A stretch of 64,000 nt of DNA from Lingula anatina (Eukaryota > Animalia > Brachiopoda): positions 31,930,001 to 31,994,000 of the forward strand of contig CM120642.1 in the NCBI GenBank assembly GCA_051362555.1, given 5' to 3'. Positions 1 through 14,229 of this stretch are shown in pieces. Position 1 is the stretch's first letter. Each line of letters begins with the position of its first letter. The position numbers and the translations under genes are program-made. The notes beneath the pieces were generated by a model. The model saw nothing but the letters and a program-made list of their open reading frames with translations. It was not told the origin of the DNA and made no database searches.

Positions 1-332
1 AGTATTGCTAAAATGTTGTTATATAACCTGTGTGGAAAGTTACAAGTTACTCCCTTCCCCTCGTTCAGAGAGTTTAAGGAGAAAAGTTAAAAATGATGAC
101 CTTTGACAGCAATTTGGATAATCATTTTTATTATTTTTCAAAAGCGTACTGAAGACAGTAACCCCCTCTCCCCTCAGCATAAGTTTTGTAAACTTGTGAA
201 AATGATGAGAAAAATGTATGACCCATAACACTTTATTCCAACCTTTCTCTAATTACAACTAGTATTTTTGCTCAATAGAACCACCATTTCTAAGCCTCAA
301 CTCATTCTACTTCTGCCTCTCTCTGTTTCCAG

Positions 333-1007
333 AACATCAGTGCACAGACAATCCTGCTCAACTTAGGCCAGGGCAGCTCAGAGCCAGTCAGTACCAACTC
401 GGCACAGACTCTCCTGACAGACCAGAGACAAGGCAGGCAGAGCAGGGCCAGTGCCAGTGCTAGCTATGCTGCACCAGTCTCACCTAACACAATATCACAG
501 CAGGCTCAACAACTGCAATCATCTCAACTGATGCAGGGGCAGACCCACAGCCAGATAGGTGGTTCCATTGCTAGTAACCAGACTGTAGTCACCCTGCCAG
601 ACTATCTCTCTGCAGTGGGGGCCAATGTCAGCATCAGTTCCTTCCTGCAGGGGTCCAGTCTGCCATCAGAGACAGAGTCTCAGTCCTCTCAGGAACCCCA
701 GGAGCACCTGATAGAAACTCAGAACATTGGAGGTGTGAATTACACTACTCTGTACATACAACCCTCACAGTCTGGGATAATACAGCAGTTGTTAACACAG
801 GGAGTGGAGGCCAGTACGTCAGGGGAGTCTGCCAACGAGGAGGAGGAGGGGGCTCTACTACAGCAGCAGTCCGGGGAGAATATCACTATCCACCATGATG
901 AGAACGGGGAAGATACCGTGGAGCCACAGACTGTTCAGCTGTCTTCTGATATTGTACAGCTGCTTGCACAGCAAGGAATACATGTTGGGACTCTGCCTAA
1001 AACGTGA
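333..1007 (+). CDS. Terminal coding exon of a gene starting left of the window; Q/S/E-rich low-complexity C-terminus (possibly a transcription regulator tail)
   Basis: Pyrimidine tract and CAG acceptor at 330-332. The frame is open from 333 (NISAQTILL...) through ORF 531..1007 to TGA. AATAAA at ~1041 and ~1397. No recognisable domain. Confidence 0.75.
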   Translation, partial: NISAQTILLNLGQGSSEPVSTNSAQTLLTDQRQGRQSRASASASYAAPVSPNTISQQAQQLQSSQLMQGQTHSQIGGSIASNQTVVTLPDYLSAVGANVSISSFLQGSSLPSETESQSSQEPQEHLIETQNIGGVNYTTLYIQPSQSGIIQQLLTQGVEASTSGESANEEEEGALLQQQSGENITIHHDENGEDTVEPQTVQLSSDIVQLLAQQGIHVGTLPKT

Positions 1008-2259
1008 AGTAGTAGAATTAGGACAAAAATGTTCTGGTAGAATAAATAAAACTCTGTTACAGTAGCTGTCGAGGTGATGAAAAGATAAAACGTATCCGCA
1101 ATGCTTACTTAATTCTCATTCTCTTATTTTCTGTAAATTAAGTGATAGTCAGAAGGTGAAATCAAACTCACTAGTCAAGTTGTCTAGTTCATTGCTCTGA
1201 AGTCGATCAAATCAACAAGGCTTTGCTCTTCATCACTTGGGGGGGGTATTGTCCTCAGTTTGTCATTTTTAACAACAGCAAGACAGATTCTACTGCTGTC
1301 TATCAGTCACTTCTTTTCGTCTGTTTGAAAGGTAGTAGCCAAAATGACAAAATGAAAGTCCTTTGTCTTTAATTGTATTAAACTTTTATGTGTATGAATA
1401 AATATTGTATATTTATATATATATATATGAGAGGATAAAATACTTTTTTAAATTTCAAAATAAGCTTTCATGATTTGATATGTTAGTTCTTTATAAGTGG
1501 CGATGTTTTGTTGAAGATAGGTACGGACGGAAGTAGCAGTTTTCTATTTCCATCATAATTGCACTGTATTGGTTGGGATATTACGATAGGTAGTATCTGA
1601 ATTGTGAAATACATGGCGTATGCGTGGTCCGTCTCTCGTACACAAAACGGAGCTCTGATTCTTTTTGGCTATGCTTCGCTCAAAATTCTTATTACTTGAC
1701 GCGTTTTATAAGAATTTGATGCTAATAATAAACCGACCTTGTACACTGTAACTATGCAGACCTTTTATTAAACCAAATTAAACTACACGGAAATTGCACA
1801 ACTTTGGACTTCGCCAAAATCTATACCTTCCTTCAGGGTCTGTGAATATTTATTGAAAAAATCAATCTGCGACCCTGTTAGAGGGTTACAAGCTTATTAT
1901 TATTTTTTTTTTTAATTAAAGAATTACAACAGGATTTGACAAAACGATTCAAAGCGTGACCTTCCACTGAGGCTCGGGGTTCAACTGAACTTTCACCTTC
2001 TGAATAAAGAAATAGAACAAATATTGGTACAGTAACACTACACGCAGCCCTCCACATTGTGATGAAATCTATAAAACATCAAAAATATATGTCGCCAGAT
2101 TTTGGAACAATTACGTCTCGTATCGATTTTCAAACGACGACCGAAATGTTGTACACCCTTGATTGCATGCATGCTGACTTAAGAGATCGACAAAGCCACT
2201 TCCAATATACTTCGTCATTTATTGTTAATGGTATTATTCAATTTACGCGGCTATAGTTA

Positions 2260-2681
2260 CTGCTGTTTACTTCTCAATCTTCTCAATATATTATTTATTA
2301 AAATGTCAGGACCTGTGCAATAACAAATGACGAAGATATTGAAACGCGTGCCCTCTCTGGCGCTACCGAGGCCGGGACGTTTGTTCGGGATCGGGGTAAA
2401 TTTTGCGCTCCCGTGGGAAAATATATCTCAGGCTAATGGCAAGAGCGGATTTCTGCTCAAATATTTATTGAAAACAAAAATAAAATAAAAATGAAAATGT
2501 TACAATGAATTAAAGTTGTGCAAGCACTTTTGAATACTGAGTCTCTGATATTGGCATATCTATAAATCTTAGACCATTGTTCTGGTCGCAAAGTTCTCAT
2601 AATGTTTCTCTGCTGTTTACTTCTCAATAAAATATTTATTAAAATGTCAGGAGCTGTGCAATAAACAAGAGGCGAAGATAT
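2260..2681. repeat. Imperfect ~75-bp direct repeat pair (2260-2340 and 2610-2681)
   Basis: ctgctgtttacttctcaat...atttattaaaatgtcagga.ctgtgcaataa...cgaagatat occurs twice, 350 bp apart. Confidence 0.8.
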
Positions 2682-5600
2682 CTCTGCACTTGGTAACGTG
2701 TTTCTGAAGTAACGAAATGCTAAATAATCAACATCGAAGCCTGTAATTATAGCTTCTCTATTCACTGGCCACTATAGAACTATATGTAGCTTGTGTTAGA
2801 AAAGTCGCAGCCTGACTCAAAACCATTAAGAAAGAAGATAAAATAAAGAATATGCCAAATGACCTTTAAAAGCCCCTAAACTGATAACCGTGGAATTTTT
2901 ATGTACAGACAAAATTGCAGCAGTGTCTATGCATATGGCCGTCGACTGCGCAGTTTTCGCATTTCTTCTTATCTTACCGCTATCACCTGGTGGGAGGGGG
3001 GGATCGCGGGAATTTTGTCATTGCTTTAAAATACAAGTCAAGTTCAAAAGTTTTATCATTTTGGCTTGGTGAACCATTTATCATCCAAAAACCAGCTTCA
3101 ACCGGCTTGTTTTTTCCGACACCAAATTTACCGACCACTTGTGATTAACTTGAAGGCTACCAAATGTCTCAGATCGGCTATACATTTGAAGTGGCAATTC
3201 ATTTCATATTGTAATTGCCTTGTTCGGCTTTATTCCCATTCAACCAAATGTAATAAATTATCCTTGTGACTGTCAACAGCTAACCCGTAGACACAAGAAC
3301 CTCAATCACAATATTTAGAAAGGAAATCGCCTCAAACTCAGGCCCTACTGCAAGAGTAACGGCAGTTAATACATTAATATTGTATTCTTTGGGGTTGTAA
3401 TGAAATATTTTCGTTTCCATGCACTGGTCGATTGATCTTTCTTACTACTGTTGTTGTTGCCCATTTATCGATTACATCACAACGAATGCTGAAAGACCGC
3501 AATACAAAGTCCCTTTTACTATAGTGAATATTGATTGATCATTTCTTCTGCTCTTTTTGCATACTGATCTGCTAATTGACGAAACTGTAACAATAGACAT
3601 ATTGATAATATCGAATTGGTTGGCCTAGTAATGAAGCCGGGAGCGAGTAGAGAAATATTTGGAAATATTTTGTAGGTTTACTGAATACAACAAAAGCCTA
3701 GGTAGGGGTTTGTATACCCCTGCTAAACGCACCTGTATTTGCTTGTATCACAAAACCATGAGAGTTCGATTTAACCTTTGACGTCCCGATCTGCTCTTGA
3801 GGATAAGTGTAAATTGACAGAGGATTTTGCAAATGGTTTCTATTTTAACATTCTAACTTCAAAATATAAGGTGCCAGGCCCACATTTGAATGGAGTCATG
3901 TTTAGTAATACCAGAAGCACTTGGCTACATAAACGGTTATTTTCTTTATCCTAAAGGTCCTAAAAAGCGCATTAAAATTTGCCTACAAAATGTGCTTTTT
4001 ATTCGCAAAATGTCCTATAGAGAGGACCGATTATTATCTTAATTCTCAGGAAATTTATATATATGTGAAATACATTAATCATATTATTTACATGTCATAA
4101 ATATGCACATAATTATGTAACATATATCATAATGAAGAAATAAGTAAAAAAAATGTTAAAATATTGATCAGAAAGAAGTCTAGAGAATTTAATCTTTTCC
4201 GTTCACCACGCAGTGCTTTTGTCATAAAACTAAACATTGGAATACAGTCATTTACGAATTACATAATTTATTTCGGTTTTGACATTTATCTAAGCAGACC
4301 TTCAGCAACTTCAGCTTGTCAATTCTATCTACATGTTTACCATTAGAGTGTGAAGATGATGGATGGAGTGACATAAAATGCCCCCAGGTGCTTACAGGGA
4401 GCAACCAGGTGCAACAGGTTTCGTATTTATTACAATCAGAAAATATTATATAGCACTGGCCTATATATATTTGATACACGTAATATAATTGTTTTAGAAC
4501 ATTTTCAGTCGTGTCCACGAGATCCCGGCCATTGTTTTAACAAGCCACTTCGGTAAAAGATTTACTTTGTCGCCCAAAGTCGCAAATCATAAGCGATTAT
4601 TTCCCCTTGTTTGATCATTGATCCACCTGTTGTCGATCAGCATACAAGTAAATGTCACAATAGCGTGGCGGTATCGATTATAGACATGAATTATTAAAGA
4701 TGTAGCACACTTAATCCATATTATACCCCGTGTTATGAGCCCTCCTTGGCGGTAGAGGCTGACAATACAAACTTATTTGATGGCATGGAAACAATATCCA
4801 AAACAAACTCACCTGTGTCGTTTATAAGAGCATATCCGCGCTCCGGTGGCACAACTAGAGACGTTTTACAAGAAGAAACAGCTAGGAGCAACAGATATAC
4901 TTATTTGCTGTCACCAAACCAGTGCACTTAAAGAAAAAGATAGAAAGAGCACAAGAGAATAGCTCCAAGTTTGCTAACCGTGGTAAGTAATTCTCAGTTT
5001 CCGCATAGATGTTTATTGCAATTATCTTGAGCTTTATATCTCGTTAAACAGCTGTATTTAAACATGTTTTTATATCCAATTTGGCTGTCAATGGTCAGCG
5101 TTTTAAAACATTAACTCGGTAACTCCCAATTAAGCATTAAGTGTTTGTTCAGAACATTCAAATGATTGCTAAAGCGCCGCATCAAATAGAAACGTTCAAT
5201 CAACCACTTGTCAAGAAAATAGACCCAAAGAAGACGGTACTTTGTGAAGTATCCGTTGTACAATTCTTAAGCCATCCTCTGCAAAACTTTTTTTTTTTTT
5301 TTTTTTTTGGCTCACAATTTATGGTTCACAATTTATGGTTCACAATAAAAAGTAAATTGAAACATTTCTGGAAAGTTTCTTCGCTTTTTTTCTCTACAAA
5401 AATTTAATGGCTAATGAAAATCTTGCCTTGATCAGATCAATTAATCACAGGTTTATTGATCAAAACGTCTTAGCAACTTTGTTTTCGTGACCAGGGTATT
5501 TGCTACAGCTTTTGTTATCGATGTATTGATCTTAACATCAAAAACGTTGTCATAGTGAAGTGTGAGAATAAAAATCAACATAACGACGTAGGAGACAAAA

Positions 5601-5927
5601 TTAAGAAAAGAAATCAGGAAGAGAGATCAATACATTCGAAACCTAGCTACAGTAATATGAAACTACAGAATTACACTTTTTGGGGCTAAACACCATAATT
5701 AAGCATTTATCGCCTTAAGCTTTTAATAATGTAATTTTGTGATTGAGTAAATAAAGCTTTAGCAAGTTTGTAAGTTTTAATACTTCATGACAATTCACAT
5801 TACCTCGTACTTTTATGATTATTAACTGAGAGAAAGAGAGACTAAGAGACAGACTTGTGTTTATGCTTTAAGCAAACAACTTGATGTCCATAACGTGTCC
5901 TCATTTTATTTTCGCAGCACTACAAAC

Positions 5928-7366
5928 ATGATGAAGGTCCTGTTATTGACGCTCTGTGTCGTCCTTCTCACCCGTGACGTCAGGTCACAATCTTCCAGTG
6001 ATTCTTCTTCTGCTGCTGCCTCTGCAAGTTCTAACAGCGCCGCCGCATCATCTTCAGCAGCCGCATCATCTTCAGCAGCCGCATCAAGTGCGTCCGCCGC
6101 CGCCTCCTCTGCCGCCGCTTCCTCCTCGGCGGCCGCTTCGTCATCTGCTGCTGCCGCCTCCTCATCAGCTGCAGCTTCATCGTCAGCAGTCGCAGCATCC
6201 AGCGCTGGCGCATCCTCATCCGCGAATGCCGCAGCGACGTCCTCAGCCAGTGCTGCTGCAGCCACTACATCAGCTGCTGCTGCATCATCAGCGGGCGGTG
6301 GTGCTGCTACCACCGTGACCAATACGGCCACCTCTGCTGCCAGTTCATCGAGCTCATCTGCCTCTTCTTCTGTACGTATTCATTGTTATTATTTCCCCAA
6401 AACAAAAATATACGTGAAAAGATGTGACATAAAAGTGTGACATGAAAATGACATAATTTGTCCTTTTCATTCCATCCTATTGTTAAATATCAGTTCATTT
6501 ATTCACATTCGGTTTTTAGGCAGGTCGCAGAATCACGCGAAATTGGCCGAAAAATTATCTAATCTCGTTTTTTGTTGATGGTTACACACATGTATTTTGT
6601 TATTACACTTTGTACAAGACAGATTTTTAAACAGGTTATATATTAATGAAATAATGACAACGAGGATGCATTATAAGAAGATTACAATACACACAGCACA
6701 CTAACGATGCCATGTTTTTTCTTACAGGGAGGTGTTAGCTGTAAATCCTGCGACCCAGGCACTGGAGTGGACTGTAAAGTGGAAGCTAACCAAAACACCA
6801 CTACGTGTGCAAGCAGTGACTGCTTTGTAAGTATTTGTTGAGTCTTTTAAGGGGCTTTTAAGGGGGGTATTTTCATTCAGAAAAACCTCGACGTTTTAAG
6901 CGTTGATGTTATTGTTGTTCAAGTAAACTAAAAAAGTTTCCCGTTTTTTAAAAATAATAAGGACCGTGTTCCCGCATATATGGTTTAAAAAACATCGCAT
7001 TTTGCATTTTGATAACACTGCCATAACAAAATCAACTGATCATGAACTATTTGTTATTTGCAGTTCGTTCACTATTATACGAGTAACGGCACAGACGGAT
7101 ATGCCTTCGGCTGCGCCGATGATGTCAAGACTTACATGGGACTGACCACGGGAGCAACCTGCAGCGATTACACGACTGCAAGCGGTATGTCTGTGTCCAC
7201 GGCCGGCGCGGCGATCTGCCGTTTTAACGCCAAATGCTGCTCTACCACCGACTGCAACGGCGGGGAAGATCTCGGCAGCAACTCCTGCTCGGACAGTGGA
7301 GCTGAATCGATTTTCATCTCATGCACTCTACTATTTATTTCGCTGATTGCTGCATTGTTGCGGTAA
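5928..7366 (+). CDS. Secreted, probably GPI-anchored Ly6/uPAR (three-finger/Quiver-like) protein with an N-terminal Ser/Ala-rich block; ~281 aa; exons 5928-6371, 6728-6826, 7064-7366
   Basis: Signal peptide MMKVLLLTLCVVLLTRDVRS, then ~125 aa of S/A runs. All junctions are phase 0 and GT-AG. Cys pattern CKSC...C...C...C...C...C...C...CCSTTDCN fits an LU domain. Hydrophobic C-terminal tail IFISCTLLFISLIAALLR. Probable 5' UTR exon ends at a donor at ~4983. Confidence 0.85.
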
Positions 7367-9544
7367 TTTGGTGATCTATCGCCTAAACTCGCCCTTTTTT
7401 CTTTCCATTCAACTGTACACATCCTCAAACGTATTCCTAATGCGTTTCTATATTGTTAGGAGATTATGCGATTTAACTTTTTCTCACTGCCAACCATACC
7501 AAACCGTGGACGTTTTAGTCAAGGACAACTTTAACTGTTAGTGACACTTTTTCTCATCTGACAAATTGAAATTGCCTTCTGGTTATAAAAGACTATATTA
7601 TCTTATGCATCGCTGTGATAACTATGTTCTATAGACATAAGACGCATTGATGCAGCAAGTGCCTGAATGATGTCTGGCAATGAGGAGGATGAACAAAAGC
7701 ACAGTCTATGATGTTGGAAAGTGAATAACGACAGAGTGATACGTATTTGGCCAGAAGGCCTTTGCGACTTATGACGTCATTACCGCCAACTGACGACCGC
7801 GCAGCATGATTCCTCTAAATGCGTTACAGACAGATAGGCGGCGCTTGCAGCAACGCGAATGTGTCACAAACTGAGACCACGTCTCCAGACAGATGAAGTA
7901 TTGCCAGAAGTGTTGTCATAGCAACGACGTTAAGCTTACAAGTCATCTGTATATTTTTCTACATTACAAGTACATCAGAATGTTTAAACATGTTTTTATA
8001 AAATATATATTTATACACTTGTATCTTATTAAAAGACAATAAAAATGCAGTGCGCTTGAAACATACATTTCCTCTGAAGTCTCTTGTCTCCAAAAAATCA
8101 ATAATAAGAATAATCTATTTCTCAAAAAAGCGGAGCACATGTCACAGCGCCGTTTAAATATAAAATCATTAAAAATTTTATGAAAACTTAAAGCTTAAGA
8201 GATATAAATTAAAGTATTCCTGAAATGATAAAGGCTTTAAAAATTTTCTCAAAACATTTCCTTTTTGAAAAGCTTAGATTCGAATGAAGATCCAAACTAA
8301 AACTACTGATACTGTTAAATACAGTCAGCGTACGTTAGATATTTATACAACAAAATATAATTTTTCTGGGGCTTTCAACAATTTTCCCCTAAACTTCAAG
8401 ATATACCCATCCAAAACCATTAAGGAAATGGGAAATATCATCTGGACCGGGTTTAATTCAAGAAATGGGCATACTGACATATACTGTAGATAGGTTTTAA
8501 GTGTTTCCTGGATAAGTATGAAAAGAGGTAGTCTATTCTGAAAGTCACAATGTACCAATGGGGAAATGCATTGAAAAAACGTTCATAATACGAGTTCATA
8601 TGACGGAAACCGCATAGTTACGCGTTAGAAAAGAAAAAAGTGGTTAATAACGGCTTGCGCTTTATAATATTCAACTCTTTGTTGGCGTTTATCGATTCTG
8701 TTATTTTTCTACCTTAATTCCGTAACAATAACTTTTATTCCCTTAACAGTGCTGATTTGTTGCAACATTTTTTCCAATATCATGATGCATCAGACAGAAT
8801 CTCTGGAATCTCACAAAATTCTCACAGAGACAGAATCTCACAACTTTCCACTCTAAACTATTTGTCAATCTATCAACATTCCCTTATATGATGATGGTGT
8901 GATGTTTTGCCCTCTTACATAATATCTCTTATTTATCATTTTCTATTACTCTCCGTTATTAGCTATCAATCAATTTATTGCAATTGTCTAATTAGGTAAC
9001 ACCGTGCTAGTTGAACTAAGTTCACAACTGATCATACAGATTTTTCATTACCTCTTCATGATACTGTAGAATAATAACTAATCTTTACTTGTTGCTAAAT
9101 ATCCAGTACACTCCACTTTCAAAATATACACAGAACATACATGAAGCTAGGGCCTCGAATGGCGACTCTTACTCTTTCTTACAATGAATCACCTGTAAAG
9201 GAAAAATTAATACGTACTTGTTTGGGTCTGTCAGAGAGGTACCACTACCAATAGCAGTTATGGTGTTATGAATTCTAAAGTGGTCTTTGATTGATTGTTG
9301 TCCACTACTTATATTAATTCAGAGTGATTCGATAAGGAAACAAGTGAGGACAAATTGACAGAGGTTGCACTTGTTAATGACAGCTTAGCAAAATCTTGGA
9401 CAGGAAGGAAACCCATTTAGTCTGTCAATTGAATTGCATGTACAATGGAAACCTTGTTATCCACCATTCATCATGCTCACGAGGGCGGTCACACTTTAAA
9501 TGATCGATTCCAAACTATTCCAACCCACCAAAGCTATTTTTGCA

Positions 9545-11763
9545 ATGGTGTGTCACGCCACCAAGTTGCTGTTGTTCTGTTTTCTCTGTCAAACGTTTGG
9601 GCAAAGACTCACCAATGTTTACAAGAAAACGCAAGGCATGCGTGCACAGAGCACTAACGTGAATCTTTTTCACAGCCCGACACTGGAGGATTGCATAATT
9701 CATTGCACACTGCACAGTGCAACTTGTAAGTCACTTAACTTCAAAGAATCTGACGGAACCTGTGAGACATTATCGGTACACAACGAAGCGACATCAGTGG
9801 ATTCTGACTGGGTGTTTCTTATTTTGCAAGGTATTTGACTAGATCTGTTCTTAATAAAATAAGATGATGAATCGAAATGGTACCATGCATTGCGTATTTG
9901 ATACGTATTTCATAGATTGATGGATGGATAGATAAATGGATAGGTAGATATGAATTTATCAACTATAGTCTAAAAAAAGTCCATGGGCTCTGACTGCCAA
10001 GCTGACAAACACTTTATTATGTCTATCTATCTATCTGTATATCTCTCAATCTAGGAACGTTTGGCTTGGGGTGATAGGCCCTAATGCGAGTATTTGATTT
10101 ATGAAAATGTATAAATTTCAACTATTAAATATAATTTGACATCACTTCTTTAAAGCTAAATCATCCTGTGCAGACTGGAAAAACAAGCAATTGCAGTCTC
10201 CAAGTGGTACCTATATTGTGGACCCCGACGGCCCCGGAGGGGTGACACCTTTTCCAGTGGAATGCGACATGGTAACCACGCCACCCACAGTCAGGGTGAA
10301 CCACAACCAAATCACTAGGAAGCACATTGTAGGATATGAAGATCCAAATTTTTACGAACATCAGCTCGTTTACAACGGTGAGTTGGCAGAATTCAATGCA
10401 TGGTTTCATACAGAACCACATGCCAGGTGGTTTTCCTCGTAAATAGTGTTCTCATTTGGTTCGACTGAAAGTTTTTACAGCTCGTGTGTACAGTGAAATG
10501 CGCATTCAATCAGATCATTTAGCCGAGGTTTCTTATTTTCTTATTGTTATTCCTATATTCATACTTATACATGAGCAGAGTTTTCTCACAACAGTGTAGC
10601 TACAGGTAGGTCAGGGATGGTACATTGCTTGTTTTTCTCGTTTCCTATGCCCTTAAATGCATCTTCAATTATCATAAAATTTATAGTACACAAAGAAGTT
10701 TACTGTAGAGCTAGGTTAGGGATGGTACATTACTTTTTTTCTCGTTCCCTATGCCATGCTTTCTAATCTTAAAGGGGGTACACGTGTCTCAGAAGCTTTA
10801 GGAAGGGCATGTGCCCCACTGGATCCCCCGTTGCTTTTGTCCATCAGTAATTGTATCTCAAAGTGACCCCAAATATGTCACATACATTTCATTTTCTTCC
10901 TGGCCAGGTGTAACTAACCCCCAGCTTCGCGCTTTGGTCACTGCTTCATCCACATGCAGGCAGTACGTTAAAAAGGAATGCTACAATGCTTGCACCTTTT
11001 ACTATGGAACAAAATGTGACTTTTGGACCACACTTGAAGGAGAACAGTTGGAGTATTGGGCGGGCAACGGTACTACCGTCACCAGGGGCTGCGCATGCGC
11101 TCTTTCTGATTCCTGTGCATTGGGTATGGCTGGTTGAATGTGCTTTTTTTTAATATTAACACGCGATATAATCAATTAGTATGTGAAATCTTAAACAGTC
11201 TTCGGTATCTTTTTTTACATTATAAATACACCGTCTTTAAAAAAGAAATGACAAATACCTTCCTTTCTCGGTATATTAACATATCTCTATTATTGGTAAT
11301 CTAACTAGTGATTGGTTTTATGTTATAATTTGGCTGTTTTATCTAGAATCTTAATCTCTCTTGATAATTATTAATTTAATATATCTTGCTAATTGTATTC
11401 TTAGGTTCTTGTTTTTATGTAAAATCTACTAAACATTTAAAATGGATTCCAGACTTAAAATAAATGTGTTGTTATTATTATTATTAATGTACTGCAGGTA
11501 TATGAATACATTGTTGTCTACCATGCCAATTAAATCATTTTCTCCCAAAGAAAAAATTATGTGCATATGTAGCCTTACTCATATATTTGTGTGTTCCAGG
11601 CGAACCCTGCAACTGTGACGCCAACGATAACCGTTGGAGAACAGATGAAGGATTCTTGACCGCAAAAGAGCATCTTCCCATCTCTGCAGTCATGATCGGG
11701 GACACAGGGAATAGCGTCGAGCAGGTGTACATTACCGTGGGACCTTTGGAGTGCACACCTTAA
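9545..11763 (+). CDS. Secreted PAN/Apple + Caspr/neurexin-IV-type fibrinogen-like domain protein; ~295 aa; exons 9545-9830, 10156-10377, 10908-11123, 11600-11763
   Basis: Signal peptide, then PAN motif CIIHC...CKSLNF...C. This is followed by SCADW...SGTYIVDPDGPGG..PFPVECDM, CRQYVKKEC, YWAG...GCAC, CNCDAND..W..DEG.LT.KEHLPI and VGPLEC, which match the central fibrinogen-like segment of contactin-associated proteins. All introns are phase 1 with consistent GT-AG. Confidence 0.88.
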
Positions 11764-14104
11764 CCCGGCTTACTTGTACGCTGTGAGGCCTTTTTGGTGC
11801 ACAACAGCGGACTAAGAAGTCCGCAGAACAGTATGGCAACCCACTTCAGAGCTTGCCGTCTAATCCCCTAAAAGACATTGAATTCCAGTGGGAATTACGC
11901 AACAAGCATTCAAGTGGGACGGCCATATTTGATCTGCGGCCTAGATGGTCCATTAGTGTGAATGCGACCTTACGTGATAAAAAGGCCGCACACCCTTTTA
12001 GAAAGGTTGCCATTGGATGATCGTCACCTCTCATCATTGTCAGATGATACCGTTTATAGCCTTTACTAAAATGTTTACTTCAATCTTTACAGAACGTAGA
12101 CCGTTTGAGTGAAAGAAGGGTAGCGCAATGCTCTTACATTTGTGTACGATTTTGAAAACAGCGTCATTATTGAAGGTTTCGTACATTACCACATCACGCA
12201 GTATTGTTAAATAAAACATAGTTGTCACAGGTAACAGTGTCTATAATTTCTCAGATAAGACGTTCTTAAAGCTTTAAACTCATTATTATCAGGTAGGATC
12301 AATTGGACGCAGATTTTACAGAACCAATCGAAGTCAACTGACTGTATGTAAACATTTATTCCACACGTGCTTTGTGGCTATCAGTAAGAAGAGCAATAAA
12401 CGAGCCGCTTTGTTTTACATTGTATTTGTGATACCTAGAAATTTAGACATCGGTAAAAGTGTAGAAAGACGGGAACTGGAAAAATTATTTCTACCCACGT
12501 GTTCCAGCAAATGTCTTAATTCTTTAGTGACCATTTAGACATTCATTCAAAGCAATGCAAACAATCCTAGGTCGGTAGTGTATGCGTTTGTAAGAACATT
12601 GCAATCGCGAAGTATATATGGAACATGTATTTGGTTCTCCTCTTATACAAAAAATATGATATACGCAATTTTTAAAGATGAAACAGAAAAATTAACCATG
12701 CGCGTTTACTTAAAACACAATCTTTGATTATGGAACAACTGTAGCATTTTGTACGAGTGACAAAGAAAATATATACCTGTGTACAGTCAATACACAGGCA
12801 TATCTGAATAATGTCACAATACACAGTAAATTGGATAAACAAAAACACCGTAAAGTTATTTCTTGTTAGGTCTTCAATTATAAAGGCTTTTAAAATAGTT
12901 CTTTTCATGAAAAGATCGCATTTTCTTTTTAAACCATATTGCCATATAATAAACATTTAATGAAGTGACAAGAGAGCTTCATGTGCTGACACAAATTACA
13001 CCGCAATGATACAGAGGACAATCTTTAGGTTGGGTGCTGGGAGTGACATGTTTGGTTATTGTCGTAAAATATGGGCTCACCGACGTTTTTATACAGGAAA
13101 GCGAACACTTATCACATTATGGGGATTCCAGTACAATATGTCGTAATTGGTTCGACATGTGCGTCCATCTTGACACGGTGCGTTCTCAGTTTCAAATATT
13201 TGGGTACCATTTAAGGTAAAAATGTAGTAAGACTGTAGAATTAAGATAACATTTTTATTCAATACCATCTAATTTAAGGGTTATGTACAATGTATATAAA
13301 CTGTATTACAAATTCATTTTTATGATATGAAAAGGAATCCTATAAATCGGCATGGAAAATGGAAATAGTTGGGGATAGCTCCGTCTCACGACTTAACGAA
13401 AAGTCTAGCGAGATTTCGCGGGATTTGCAGGAAAGTGGGATCAGCAAGTCGTACTACAGTAGGAAGTGCGGAAACGGATATTTTTCTGGTTGCTTACTCT
13501 TACGTTCTGTAGAATCAAGAAGTTGTAAAGCTTCTTGGTAGAATAAAATTCCATTGCACATTAGTACGGATTCATTTCATTCTGCATGTCACTTTTGCAA
13601 TATAAGGAGACATCCCCGTATGCTGAAAAATTAACACCACCTCACGAGGACTGTCGCGCATTTTCTAGTCTCGTATGACGACACGTATTGCCGATAGCCT
13701 CATTTAGGTTATCTCGATTGATCTTACTACGAAATAGTAATTTATGGTACCGTTTGTAAAACAATTCATCAAAGCAATGTTTATATTCTTTTAAGCGTCC
13801 GTTGCTTATTATCTTGCGTTCGAGAATTAATTTTGAGCGTTGCTATAAATACTTTAAATGTATGCACATAACTTATCGTATGGTGTTTGCTATAGCTTTT
13901 AATCAAAGCAGGAAGTTTGTGCATAAACCAATTCTTGGACAAACATAGGGTGACGACATGGGCTTTTTGGATAGATATTTTAAGATACTGTTGATGAAAA
14001 AATTACACCGAATGAAGATGAAATGAAAAAATCTAGTAGGCCTACCAGACGTTTACCGCTGTTGACAGCGCTACTTGTGTATGTCACATAGCAGAGAAAA
14101 CAAC

Positions 14105-14196
14105 ATGGATACAGGGACATTACGAATTCTGTTCTTATTATGCGCATTGCAAAGCTCCTTGGCAAAAAGTAAGACAAATTATTTTTATTATTTATT

Positions 14197-14229
<33 letters not shown>

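Noticed and set aside
1765-1845. Possible second Penelope/hammerhead-like end (ccttcagg)
   Set aside because: Too degenerate; no intact core or stems.
5906-6331. Overlapping antisense D/E/A-rich and alternate-frame P/H/Q-rich ORFs
   Set aside because: Shadows of the GCN/TCN-rich Ser/Ala exon, which has few stops in any frame. Only the S/A frame has a signal peptide and fitting splice phases.
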